DNA from: Candidatus Cryptobacteroides sp.
GTDB lineage: Bacteria > Bacteroidota > Bacteroidia > Bacteroidales > UBA932
Assembly: GCA_045640445.1 (NCBI GenBank)
Contig: JAZUFA010000056.1
Coordinates: 4,208-68,207 of the forward strand
Length of the DNA stretch: 64,000 nucleotides
Direction: 5' to 3'
Shown in pieces: positions 19,814 through 29,256 of the stretch. A program made the position numbers and the translations under genes. The notes beneath the pieces were generated by a model. That model did no database searches. It saw only the letters and a list, made by a program, of their open reading frames with translations, and was not told where the DNA came from. The first letter of the stretch is position 1. Every line of letters begins with the position of its first letter.

Positions 19814-21484
19814 TTATTTTACCTCGAAGGAGGTGGTGTAGTTTATGGGGTTGCCGGCCTCGTCGAATCCGGTTACTTCCACGACGAAGGTGCCGGGGTA
19901 TTCGGGAAGCTTGACGTCGAATGTCTGCTCAGACTCGGCGGCCATGCTGACGAGAGGATGCCAGAAAGCAGTCTGGCGGTAGTCGGGATATGCATCGCCG
20001 GTCTCGGTGCCACTGTATATCATAGGGTATGAACAGCCCTTGAAGTCGACTATTCGCACGTTCTGCTCGAAGGTCATTCCGGGCATGTTGCCCTTGTAGG
20101 TCTCAAGGTTGACTATACCCTCGAAGGAACGTGTGCCAACAAAGTATACGTACGGGTAGATGTTGACCGTCTCGATGAGGAGAGGGTCGTATGCCAGCAC
20201 GCGCTCGGGGTCGAAGACGGGAATGCCGTCGACCATTATGAGCGATGCGTTGTTGGAGAAGCGGACTGAATTGAAGACATCGTTCAGGCGCACCTGGATA
20301 TCCCTCTTGCGGTCGGAGGTCCTGCGGATGCGGAGTTCCTGGATGAACTCGACGATTATCTCCTCCATCGTAGGAAAGCGGGTGTAGTCGTCGAGCCTGT
20401 AGGTTATGACCTCCTGTCCGAAGAGGGTGTTGGGACGTACCGGGAGGAAGTCAGGTATTATCTTGCCGTAGAAATTCTTCTCTATCCTCGAGCAGATGGT
20501 GCGCTTCTCAAGACGGTCGCGCAGGCTGCCTGACAGCTCCAGCGCGGGGATTCCGCTGACAGCGGCATTGACGAAGGGTGAATCAAGCTCCATATGGCAG
20601 GCCACATTGGGGTCCATGCCTTCGATCTCGCAGACGAGGTCCTTGTCGCCGAAGATGTTGCTGGTGAAGAAGACCATATCGCCGCCCTTGCGAACGGGAG
20701 CGGAATACACATCCGACTTGTTGCCGGGAGCGGATATGAATCCGAACTTGCCATAGAGCGAGTCGGCCTGGGCGGGGTTCAGGCCGACTATGCGGCCGGT
20801 GATCACCTCACCTTCATATTCTGCTATTCTATTGTTGCTGAACGAAGTTCCGGGCTTGAGGGATGCGCGGAAGGCATCTGCGCCAAGAGTGGCGGGCGCG
20901 GCTATGCCGTCCTCCAGACGGACGCTGACGCTGAGGGTCGCGGCCTTACCGGGATTGAACAGCGTCATGGATGCCGTACTGCCCTGCCCTGCCTTTTCGG
21001 GGACATTGACAGATATCCGGCCAATGTTCGAAGCAGGGACGGAAGGCTTGTACTCCGACACCACTTCCACACCGTTCTCCACCCTTTCTGAAGAAGACGT
21101 GTTGAAGATTGATATGGTGCGGGCGCCTGTCATGAAGTCGAAGCCGTCCTCGTTGCAGTTCTGCGCGGTATAGGCGACAAGCACATAGTTGCCTGTGGGC
21201 ACGCCGGCAGGTATCACGATGTCGGCGCCACCACGGCCGCCGACGAGGGCCACCTTACCTGTCGCAACCATGGTAGTTGCCGAATGAAGTTCGATATATG
21301 CTATGCTGCTGAAATCAGACAGACTGCCCGTAGCGGCGTCAAAGCAGAATGCCGAACACCAGATGCGGTCGCCGGCGAGATACACAGGACGGTCGGTGGT
21401 CAGGAAGACACGCTCGCTAAGACCGTTCTGCGCAAATGCGCATATGCTTGAAAGCAGCACAAAAAGTAATGCTATCCTTTTCAT
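19814..21484 (-). CDS. Secreted protein with macroglobulin (MG2/A2M)-like termini and an internal TonB-plug-like domain
   Basis: Signal peptide ending AFA|Q. 'ERVFLTTDRPVYLAGDRIW' is MG2-like. 'LIMVDGIPV...DPLLIETVNIY...FEGIVNLET' is plug-like. 'DYRQTAFWHP...GTFVVEVTGF' is A2M-like. Confidence 0.65.
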   Translation of the reverse strand: MKRIALLFVLLSSICAFAQNGLSERVFLTTDRPVYLAGDRIWCSAFCFDAATGSLSDFSSIAYIELHSATTMVATGKVALVGGRGGADIVIPAGVPTGNYVLVAYTAQNCNEDGFDFMTGARTISIFNTSSSERVENGVEVVSEYKPSVPASNIGRISVNVPEKAGQGSTASMTLFNPGKAATLSVSVRLEDGIAAPATLGADAFRASLKPGTSFSNNRIAEYEGEVITGRIVGLNPAQADSLYGKFGFISAPGNKSDVYSAPVRKGGDMVFFTSNIFGDKDLVCEIEGMDPNVACHMELDSPFVNAAVSGIPALELSGSLRDRLEKRTICSRIEKNFYGKIIPDFLPVRPNTLFGQEVITYRLDDYTRFPTMEEIIVEFIQELRIRRTSDRKRDIQVRLNDVFNSVRFSNNASLIMVDGIPVFDPERVLAYDPLLIETVNIYPYVYFVGTRSFEGIVNLETYKGNMPGMTFEQNVRIVDFKGCSYPMIYSGTETGDAYPDYRQTAFWHPLVSMAAESEQTFDVKLPEYPGTFVVEVTGFDEAGNPINYTTSFEVK

Positions 21485-21491
21485 AACTCAA

Positions 21492-22688
21492 TCATTGATG
21501 GCTGTTGGGCCAGTTTTCGGGTCTGTTCTTGTTGCCTCCGCCGTAACGGCAGTCCACACAACGTGCAGGGAGCCACATCAAACCGGCAATGGGATCGAGC
21601 CTGTAGGGCCTCCATATCTTGTTGTTGTAATAGAAGCGCCACGACGACTCATCAAGGATCTCGGGCTCGGTCCTGTCATATTCAGCCCTTTCATAAATCA
21701 TCATGTCATCCGCCTTGAGCCAGAGCTCACGGATGGCGGGATATGCAACGCCCACGTAGCCATATACGATTTCATCGTCGTCGGTGGTGCAGCGTATGTT
21801 TCCGCGCACCTCGCTGGGCATAGGGGCGAAGAGGCTGCCGTCGTACTCGCTCATCTGCTTGACATGCTCGAGATATCTGTAACTTTCCTGAGAAATGGCA
21901 TAGACCTCCATGCGCAGGCGGTACAGAACAGAAAGCCTGTCGTCGTTCTTGGTGTAGCGGAAGAGCGGGTAGTCCTCAAGGGAGTTCACACCCATAGTCT
22001 CGGTGGTTGCGAGGTTTATTCCGCGGGACATCGCCTTCTTCCAGCAGTAGTAGGTGTTTTCATCGCCCTCATATCTTACCACATTGCCTCCCGGATGTTC
22101 CTCCGTAACCGCGGGATCGTAATAATAGATCGCACGTTCCTGAGCCGTGTACTCCCAGTCCTCGACGTATCTGTATCGGAAGTGCTTGTTGTTCTGCTCG
22201 GAATGCAGGCTCATGCTGATCTCGACGCCCAGGGGCTTGTCGCCTTCGACATGTTCGGGCTTGCTGTAATAGAAACCGCTTTCCAATTTGTCGATTATGC
22301 AGTCGCCTGCAGACTTGGACCATGAGGAGCAATACGAGCGGGCAGGGCTGGTTTTACTTACTATTGCCGTAATGCAAAGACGGTACGCAGCGTCAGCCGG
22401 GGCTCCGGCGAGGTCGACCTCGTATTCACCGGGAGCCACCTGCACACCTTCGTACCTGCCGCCGGCGTCGTTCTCCACCCAGAGGTCGCCGGACGGCTGC
22501 ATGGATGGGGTATTCTCACCCATAGGAATCAGGGTGCTCAATGCGAAGTTGGACTTGGAGCCGATGATGATGTCGCCTTCGACAACCAGGTTGCCTCCGA
22601 GGCCCTGCTCCTCGAGTTCGGCTTCATATGGATAGATGCAGGATGCCGCACAGGCAAGGACTGCCATTAATGTCAATATCTTTCTCAT
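21492..22688 (-). CDS. DUF4249-like lipoprotein
   Basis: Lipobox AASC; 'LVVEGDI', 'FRYRYVEDWEY', 'PMPSEVRGNIRC...VYGYV', C-terminal 'CVDCR..GG...RP..WP'; directly downstream of a TonB receptor. Confidence 0.75.
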   Translation of the reverse strand: MRKILTLMAVLACAASCIYPYEAELEEQGLGGNLVVEGDIIIGSKSNFALSTLIPMGENTPSMQPSGDLWVENDAGGRYEGVQVAPGEYEVDLAGAPADAAYRLCITAIVSKTSPARSYCSSWSKSAGDCIIDKLESGFYYSKPEHVEGDKPLGVEISMSLHSEQNNKHFRYRYVEDWEYTAQERAIYYYDPAVTEEHPGGNVVRYEGDENTYYCWKKAMSRGINLATTETMGVNSLEDYPLFRYTKNDDRLSVLYRLRMEVYAISQESYRYLEHVKQMSEYDGSLFAPMPSEVRGNIRCTTDDDEIVYGYVGVAYPAIRELWLKADDMMIYERAEYDRTEPEILDESSWRFYYNNKIWRPYRLDPIAGLMWLPARCVDCRYGGGNKNRPENWPNSHQ

Positions 22689-22690
22689 GG

Positions 22691-25339
22691 CTAGAACTTC
22701 AGGTTAAGTGAAAGATAAGGGATGGGGCAGGCGAACACTGAGAGCATATAGCCCTCGACGCCTGCACGGCCGGTCTTGTAGAACACTGAATAAGGGTTCT
22801 TGCGGCCTGTCACATTGTATGCACCGAAGGTCACGGACATATGGGCCAGCTGCTTGAGATAATGGCTGGGCTCGATGATCATGGCCACGTCCATACGGAA
22901 GTAGTCGGGAATCCTGTGGGTGTTCCTGTCTGAGTATGCCACCATCATGCTGTTGGCATAATGGTACTTGCCGACGGGCACCGTAACGGGACGTCCGGTT
23001 GCATAGTCGATGTTGACAGAGAAGCTGTAACGGTGGGTCAGCTTGTAGTTGGCCACCATCTTGAAGTCATGCGGCTTGTCGTGAGGAGCGTTGTACCAGC
23101 GACCTCCGTTGATGGTCTCGACGCCACGGTCAGCCGTTTCCCTGAGCTGTGCCCTCGACCATGTGTAGGATATCCATCCGTTGAGTTTGCCGAGGTTCTT
23201 CCTTGCCATGAACTCCACGCCATAGGACTTTCCTGTTGTCTCCACGAGGTCATCCTCAAGATCGTGGTTCAGGATGAGGATGGCGCCTGACTTGTAGTCG
23301 GGATAGTGGTACATCATCTTCCAGTACCCTTCCACGCTAAGGTCAACCTTGCCGTCGGCAACCGTCCAGTATGCACCTGCAGCTGCCTGCCAGCCGGTCT
23401 GGGGACGCAGTTTGGCGTTGCTCAAGCGCCAGGTGTCCATAGGAGAGATGGACGTGTTGTTGGAGATGAGATGGATGTTCTGGCTCATCGTGTTGAAGCC
23501 TGCCTTGAGGGAGAAGTCAGGAGTGAAGGAGTATTTTCCGCTAAGCCTGACTTCAGGATAAAAGTAGAACTTCGAGGGGTTGAGCGCCATGAAGCCGGCG
23601 CCTCTGACGCCATACTCCAGCTGAACCTTTTCGGTAGGGCTCCAGGTGTCGCTCAGATACAGGGCGGCTTCTATGCCGTTCTGCTTGTCAAGGGCATCTG
23701 CCACCACCTGCGAACCGGCCTTGATGGGAATGCGGTTACCGGGGTTCAGGTCATAGAATATACCATTAAGACCGTAGGAAACCACATGGGAACCGAAATT
23801 GGACCTGAAGCCGAGCTTTGCATACCCCTGCTGCACTCCTGTGAAGATCTGATATGCCTGGGGCTCATAACCTGACTCCTCGAGCGATGACTGGTATCTG
23901 TCGTAGCCTGCAGTGAGCGTCATTGAGTGGCGCTCGCTGAAGTGGCTGTTCCACTTGATGGAGGCATTCATGTTGGAATAGCGGAATGTGGTGTCTGAGC
24001 CGAAGCTGAACTTGTCGCGTGACCAGTATCCGAATGCCTGTATGCTGTTGTTGGAATTGAACTTGTGGGTGATGCCAACGTTGATGTCGCTGAATCCTGC
24101 AGTTCCGCCTGCATACTCACTCTTGTCCTTGGGGAGCAAGTTGAGCATCCAGTCAGAATACGTTGTACGGCCGCCTACGATGAAGGTGGTCTTGCCCTTC
24201 TTGATGGGTCCTTCGAGAGTAAAGCTGCTGGTGAGCACGCCGATTCCGAGCGAACCGGTGACCTTGTTGGCATTGCCCTCCTTGCTGCGGATGTCGAGCA
24301 CAGAAGAGATTCTGCCGCCGTATTCGGCAGGGATGCTGCTCTTGTAGAGCTGCACGTCGTTGATCACATCGGCATTGAACGAACTGAGGACGCCGAACAT
24401 ATGTCCGGGATTGTAGATGGTGGCGTCGTTGAACAGGATAAGGTTCTGGTCAGTGGCTCCGCCTCGTACGTTGAAGCCTGTTGCAGCCTCACCTACCGAC
24501 TTGACACCGGGCAGGGTGAGGACGACCTTGAGGACGTCGGCCTCGCCGAATGCCGTGGGCACCTTCTTGATAGTAGCGATGCGCACCTTCTCAACGCCCA
24601 TGCGGGCGTCGCGGTGGGCTGAACGGCTCTCGGCAGACACCACAGCACCCTTGAGGGTGGTGACCTGCTCCCTCATGTCCACGTCGAGACCGCCGTCCGA
24701 CATCACGTCAAGGTTCAGTTTGACGTCCTCGAGGGAGAAGCCGCTGAAGCCCAGCTGGCACTCGCCTATGGGAAGGGCAATGCGGTAGAAACCCGTGAAG
24801 TCGGTCAGAGCATAGGCTCCCGTCTTCTCATTGTAGACACTTACGCCTACAAGGGGCTCGCCTGTGGCGACGTCGCGCACATAGCCGCGGACGTACGCCT
24901 TGCCGGTTCTTCCCGGGGTCTTTGTTCCAATCTCGTATATCTTGTTCTGGAAGGTTGCAGTAACATTTTCGGAATCAGCAAGATCGCTGTCCTGCTGCGA
25001 CACGGGAAGCACCTTGTCGAAGTATCCGGCAGGAAGGGTTGATGATCCGAGCACTGAATTGGTTGCGATGAACCAGGCACCGTCATATTCGTTTGCCGAA
25101 TAACCCTTTGCCTTGAGTTCCTCCACGGCCTTGGAGACAAAGAAGTTCTTCGGTGCGCTGACCGAATAGAATGCCTTGTCGTCGGCGTTCTTGAGGAAAT
25201 ACACGCGGGCGCCCATGTTTGTACGGAGGTAATTCACGAGTGAATCGGAACTTACACCCTTGACCTCCACGACATTCTGGGCCTTTGTCTGTAAACAGGC
25301 TGCAGACAGCAGAAGAATTGCAAAAAGGATCTTTTTCAT
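22691..25339 (-). CDS. TonB-dependent receptor with carboxypeptidase-regulatory-like N-terminal domain
   Basis: Signal peptide; 'GYVRDVATGEPLVGVSV'; plug 'LTLPGV...FNVRGGATDQNLIL...YGGRISSVLDI'; C-terminal Phe (LSLNLKF). Confidence 0.92.
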   Translation of the reverse strand: MKKILFAILLLSAACLQTKAQNVVEVKGVSSDSLVNYLRTNMGARVYFLKNADDKAFYSVSAPKNFFVSKAVEELKAKGYSANEYDGAWFIATNSVLGSSTLPAGYFDKVLPVSQQDSDLADSENVTATFQNKIYEIGTKTPGRTGKAYVRGYVRDVATGEPLVGVSVYNEKTGAYALTDFTGFYRIALPIGECQLGFSGFSLEDVKLNLDVMSDGGLDVDMREQVTTLKGAVVSAESRSAHRDARMGVEKVRIATIKKVPTAFGEADVLKVVLTLPGVKSVGEAATGFNVRGGATDQNLILFNDATIYNPGHMFGVLSSFNADVINDVQLYKSSIPAEYGGRISSVLDIRSKEGNANKVTGSLGIGVLTSSFTLEGPIKKGKTTFIVGGRTTYSDWMLNLLPKDKSEYAGGTAGFSDINVGITHKFNSNNSIQAFGYWSRDKFSFGSDTTFRYSNMNASIKWNSHFSERHSMTLTAGYDRYQSSLEESGYEPQAYQIFTGVQQGYAKLGFRSNFGSHVVSYGLNGIFYDLNPGNRIPIKAGSQVVADALDKQNGIEAALYLSDTWSPTEKVQLEYGVRGAGFMALNPSKFYFYPEVRLSGKYSFTPDFSLKAGFNTMSQNIHLISNNTSISPMDTWRLSNAKLRPQTGWQAAAGAYWTVADGKVDLSVEGYWKMMYHYPDYKSGAILILNHDLEDDLVETTGKSYGVEFMARKNLGKLNGWISYTWSRAQLRETADRGVETINGGRWYNAPHDKPHDFKMVANYKLTHRYSFSVNIDYATGRPVTVPVGKYHYANSMMVAYSDRNTHRIPDYFRMDVAMIIEPSHYLKQLAHMSVTFGAYNVTGRKNPYSVFYKTGRAGVEGYMLSVFACPIPYLSLNLKF

Positions 25340-25342
25340 ATG

Positions 25343-25987
25343 CTATCTGTTGTTTGCCGCATTAATTGTCTTGAGCGCCTTGCGGCGTCCTATCCTCTTG
25401 AGTTTGCCGTCCTTGACCACATACCAGCGTTCCTCGTTCATGAAATAATTGAGGACATCGTTGCGGTAGTCGGGGTCGTCATAGCCTATTGCCGCGCCAT
25501 TCACGTTGCTGGCGCTGCTGGTGAAGTTCTTGTCGACACGGTGGTAGACAAGCGGATTCTCGCAGGCCACCTGGTAGAAACCCTCGCGGGCATCTTCCTG
25601 CCCGCCCGCCTTGAGGTTGACGAACTTCTCGCCATCGATCTCGAACCCGGTAACCAGATCGCGGGTTACGACGATGGCGGGGGCGCTGGAATTGATCTTC
25701 ACGAGAAGTTCATTGGCACAGGCGTCGATGTTAAGAAGGACTCCTGAATAGAACTTTCCATTGTACAGCACAGAGCCTGTCCTGAACTCCTTTGTCTGCC
25801 AGAAATAATGGCCGTTGTAAAGGGCGTTCGAGTACAAGAGCGCAGCCCGTCCCCTGTATAGGACGGACTGGGAGGAGGCTGTCTGCTGGAACTGTTCCAG
25901 CTCAGTCTCCTGCGCGCTTGCCCTGGCAGGCAGCAGCGCCGAGAGTCCGAGCAGGACAACAAAAGACACTACTAACTTATTTTTCAT
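25343..25987 (-). CDS. Secreted hypothetical protein (first gene of the TonB-receptor module)
   Basis: Signal peptide ending ASA|Q; 3-10 bp spacing to neighbours; 'GSVLYNGKFYSGVLLNID' beta-rich. Confidence 0.75.
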   Translation of the reverse strand: MKNKLVVSFVVLLGLSALLPARASAQETELEQFQQTASSQSVLYRGRAALLYSNALYNGHYFWQTKEFRTGSVLYNGKFYSGVLLNIDACANELLVKINSSAPAIVVTRDLVTGFEIDGEKFVNLKAGGQEDAREGFYQVACENPLVYHRVDKNFTSSASNVNGAAIGYDDPDYRNDVLNYFMNEERWYVVKDGKLKRIGRRKALKTINAANNR

Positions 25988-25997
25988 ATTTATTCGG

Positions 25998-27443
25998 TTA
26001 TTCTATGACGATGGGCTTGTACTCAGGGACAAGGCTCTTCATTATGATCCAGCTGAGCAGATATGCCACTCCGCAGAATGTGAACATGATGAGATAGCCC
26101 GCCTGAATGCCCTGGCATCCGAGGATGTTCCAGCCCCCTGCCTCGCTGGCGTCGAAGAGCAGGCCGGCAGCCTTCTGGATAGCGAAGCTGCCGAGGCCGC
26201 CTGCCATGCCGCCGATGCCTGTAACGGTGGCGATGGTGGACTTGGGGAACATGTCACCCACGGTGGAGAATATGTTTGCGCTCCATGACTGGTGAGCTGC
26301 GGCTGCAATACCTATGAGGACAACGGGGATCCAGTATGAGATATGAGCGAGAGGAAGCGCACCGAGAGCCACGAGCGGGAAGAACGCGAAGATGAGCATG
26401 GCGCGCATGCGGCCTGCATAAGGGTTCATCTTCTTCTTTTCGATGAAGATGGTGGGAAGGTATCCTCCGAAGATGGAGAGCATCACGATGAGGTAGAGGG
26501 CTCCGATGGCTATCTGGAAGCGGGGCTCGGTGGAAGCCATGCCGTATACGTTCTTGAGGAACGAAGGCATCCAGAAGAGGAAGAACCACCACACACCGTC
26601 GGGCAGGAGCTTGCCGAATGCGAACGCCCAGGTCTGCCTGTAGGTGAAGCACTTCCAGAGGGAAATCTTCTTCTCGTTCTTTGCGGCCTCGGCTGCAGCT
26701 GCCTTTGCCGCCTCCTCCTCCGCCCTGTCCTGCTCGATGTACTCGAGCTCGGCTGCATTCACTGCAGGGTTCTGCTCGGGTTTCTTGTAGAGGAATGTCC
26801 AGAATCCCATCCAGATGAAGCCGAGGGCACCGATGATGATGAAGGCTGCCTCCCAGCCGAACTTTGCGGCAAGTGCGGGAATGCAGAACGGAGCCACGAG
26901 GGCGCCGATGGTTGAGCCTGCATTGAAGATGGAAGTGGCGAAGGCGCGGTCCTTCTTGGGGAAGTACTCGGCCGTCGCCTTTATGGCTGCCGGGAAGTTG
27001 CCGGCCTCACCGAGTGCAAGTATGCACCGCGCTATGATGAACATGGTCATGCTGACCACGGCGATCTTCGACACTGCATCTGCAGCTGTGATGGCCCTGA
27101 GGGCCTCTGCGCTGTCGACGCCGATGAACTTCTGGGTGAGGACGCCGCAGACGGCATGTGCGCATGCACCTACAGACCAGATGCCTATGCTCCAGAGATA
27201 GCCCTTCTTGGTACCGAGCTTGTCGACGAGGGTGCCGGCGAAGAGCATGGCCACTGCATAGAACAGCGAGAAGATACCGGTGATGGTACCGTAGTGGTTG
27301 TTTGTCCAGTGGAACTCGGGGCGGATGAAGTCCTCGAAGGTGAGGGACAGCACCTGGCGGTCCATATAGTTGATAGTGGTCGCGAAGAAGAGCATCGCGC
27401 AGATGACCCACCTGTAGTTTGTCTTTTTTGCAGTCTGGTTCAT
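25998..27443 (-). CDS. exuT: MFS hexuronate transporter
   Basis: TTINYMDRQ, GEAGNFPAAIK, EYFPKKDRAFATSIFNAG, WWFFLFWMP, HQSWSAN. Confidence 0.9.
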   Translation of the reverse strand: MNQTAKKTNYRWVICAMLFFATTINYMDRQVLSLTFEDFIRPEFHWTNNHYGTITGIFSLFYAVAMLFAGTLVDKLGTKKGYLWSIGIWSVGACAHAVCGVLTQKFIGVDSAEALRAITAADAVSKIAVVSMTMFIIARCILALGEAGNFPAAIKATAEYFPKKDRAFATSIFNAGSTIGALVAPFCIPALAAKFGWEAAFIIIGALGFIWMGFWTFLYKKPEQNPAVNAAELEYIEQDRAEEEAAKAAAAEAAKNEKKISLWKCFTYRQTWAFAFGKLLPDGVWWFFLFWMPSFLKNVYGMASTEPRFQIAIGALYLIVMLSIFGGYLPTIFIEKKKMNPYAGRMRAMLIFAFFPLVALGALPLAHISYWIPVVLIGIAAAAHQSWSANIFSTVGDMFPKSTIATVTGIGGMAGGLGSFAIQKAAGLLFDASEAGGWNILGCQGIQAGYLIMFTFCGVAYLLSWIIMKSLVPEYKPIVIE

Positions 27444-27447
27444 ATAG

Positions 27448-28113
27448 CTATTTTACTTCTTTGATGATTTCAAGTGCATTCTTGCAGAGCTCGCTGATAC
27501 TGCTCCAGTCCCCTGCCGCGATAACGTCCTTGGGGAAGAGGTTGGATCCCATGCCCACGCATGTGACGCCGGCCTTGAACCAGGCCTCGAGGTTCTCACG
27601 CTCGGGCTTCACGCCGCCGGTGACCATGATCTGGCTCCAGGGCATGGGAGCGCGGAGGCCTTTGACGAACTTGGGGCCGAGCACGTCGCCGGGGAACACC
27701 TTGCAGAGGTCGCAGCCGAGTGCCTGCGCTGCGCCCACCTCGCTGACGGTGCCGCAGCCGGGGCAGTAGGGCACGAGGCGGCGGTTGCATACGGGAGCGA
27801 TCTCAGGGTTGAAGAGAGGGCCGACCACGAAGTTTGCGCCAAGCTGCAGATACATGGCGGCTGTGGGGGCATCGATGACGGAACCGATTCCGACTATCAT
27901 TCCGGGGAGCTCGCTGTTTGCATATTTTACAAGTTCGGCGAACACCTCCTGTGCGAAGTCGCCCCTGTTTGTGAATTCGAATGCGCGGACTCCGCCGTCG
28001 TAGCAGGCCTTGAGGACTTTCTTTGCCACTTCCTCATCTGCGCTGTAGAACACCGGAACCATTCCGGTCTCCTTCATGGTCGCGAGGACCTGCATCTTGC
28101 TGTACTTTGCCAT
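27448..28113 (-). CDS. eda: KDPG/KHG aldolase
   Basis: [35 protein letters not shown]. Start set at ATG 28113. Confidence 0.93.
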   Translation of the reverse strand: MAKYSKMQVLATMKETGMVPVFYSADEEVAKKVLKACYDGGVRAFEFTNRGDFAQEVFAELVKYANSELPGMIVGIGSVIDAPTAAMYLQLGANFVVGPLFNPEIAPVCNRRLVPYCPGCGTVSEVGAAQALGCDLCKVFPGDVLGPKFVKGLRAPMPWSQIMVTGGVKPERENLEAWFKAGVTCVGMGSNLFPKDVIAAGDWSSISELCKNALEIIKEVK

Positions 28114-28117
28114 AATA

Positions 28118-29143
28118 TTATCTCTGCACTCTTCCGTTGGCGGAACCGCCAACAAGATTCAAAACTTCTGATTCTGTCACGAGGTTGAAGTCGCCGTTTA
28201 CGGTATGCTTCAGGGCGGAGGCCGCAACTGCGAACTCGAGGGCGGCAGCCTGGTCGCCGGGGTACTTGAGCATGCCGTGGATGAGGCCGCCGGAGAACGA
28301 ATCGCCTCCTCCTACACGGTCGATGATGGGCTCGATGTCGTAGCGGCGGCTCTGGTAGAATTCCTTGCCGTCGTAGATGAGCGCCTTCCAGCCGTTATGG
28401 GTGGCGGAATATGACTCGCGGAGGGTTGAGACCACATACTTGAAGCCGAACTCCTGCATCATCTGGCGGAAGATGCCCTCGTAGCCGGCTGCATCGGTAT
28501 TGCCGGCCTCGACGTCTGCATCCGGCTTGAAGCCGAGGCAGAGTTCCGCATCCTCCTCATTGCCTATGCATACATCCACATACTGCATGAGAGGGCGCAT
28601 CACGGAGATGGCCTTTTCTGAAGTCCAGAGCTTCTTGCGGAAGTTGAGGTCGACGCTTACGGTGACGCCGTGGCGCTTTGCAGCCTGACATGCAAGGAGG
28701 GTGAGATGCGCGGCCTTGTCGGAGATCGCGGGGCTGATGCCGGACCAGTGGAACCAGCTTGCACCTTCCATTATTGCATCGAAGTCGAAGTCCCCGGGGT
28801 CAGCCTCGGCGATTGCGGAGTGAGCGCGGTCGTAGATGACCTTCGAGGGACGCATCGATGCGCCGGTTTCTGCATAATAGAGGCCGATGCGGTTGCCGCC
28901 GCGGGTTATGTAGTCGGTGCGCACACCGTAGCGGCGGAGTGCGTTGACTGCTATCTGACCTATTTCGTGAGAAGGGAGTTTCGTGACATAGAAGGCATCG
29001 TGACCGTAGTTTGCAAGGCTCACTGCCACATTGGCCTCTCCACCGCCGGGAATGATACGGAAAGAGTCGGTCTGAATGAAGCGGTCCTGGCCTTCGGGGC
29101 TGAGGCGAAGCATGATTTCGCCGAACGTTATGATTTTTGCCAT
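28118..29143 (-). CDS. kdgK: 2-keto-3-deoxygluconate kinase (PfkB family)
   Basis: [40 protein letters not shown]. Start set at ATG 29143. Confidence 0.93.
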   Translation of the reverse strand: MAKIITFGEIMLRLSPEGQDRFIQTDSFRIIPGGGEANVAVSLANYGHDAFYVTKLPSHEIGQIAVNALRRYGVRTDYITRGGNRIGLYYAETGASMRPSKVIYDRAHSAIAEADPGDFDFDAIMEGASWFHWSGISPAISDKAAHLTLLACQAAKRHGVTVSVDLNFRKKLWTSEKAISVMRPLMQYVDVCIGNEEDAELCLGFKPDADVEAGNTDAAGYEGIFRQMMQEFGFKYVVSTLRESYSATHNGWKALIYDGKEFYQSRRYDIEPIIDRVGGGDSFSGGLIHGMLKYPGDQAAALEFAVAASALKHTVNGDFNLVTESEVLNLVGGSANGRVQR

Positions 29144-29162
29144 AATGCAGGAATAAATTATA

Positions 29163-29170
29163 CAAATATA
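29163..29170 (-). promoter_or_regulatory. -7 element (TATATTTG) for the kdgK...uxaC operon
   Basis: TAnnTTTG match 20 bp upstream of the kdgK ATG. Confidence 0.6.
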
Positions 29171-29242
29171 CGAATAAGTACTCAATAACGCACACGCACA
29201 TACGCGTGTTCACCAAATTGCGGCAAAAATTCACAAAATTGC

Positions 29243-29250
29243 TATCTTTG
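29243..29250 (+). promoter_or_regulatory. -7 element (TATCTTTG) for cpsB
   Basis: TAnnTTTG match; a TTG lies about 22 bp upstream; only 6 nt separate it from ATG 29257. Confidence 0.65.
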
Positions 29251-29256
29251 CGGGGT

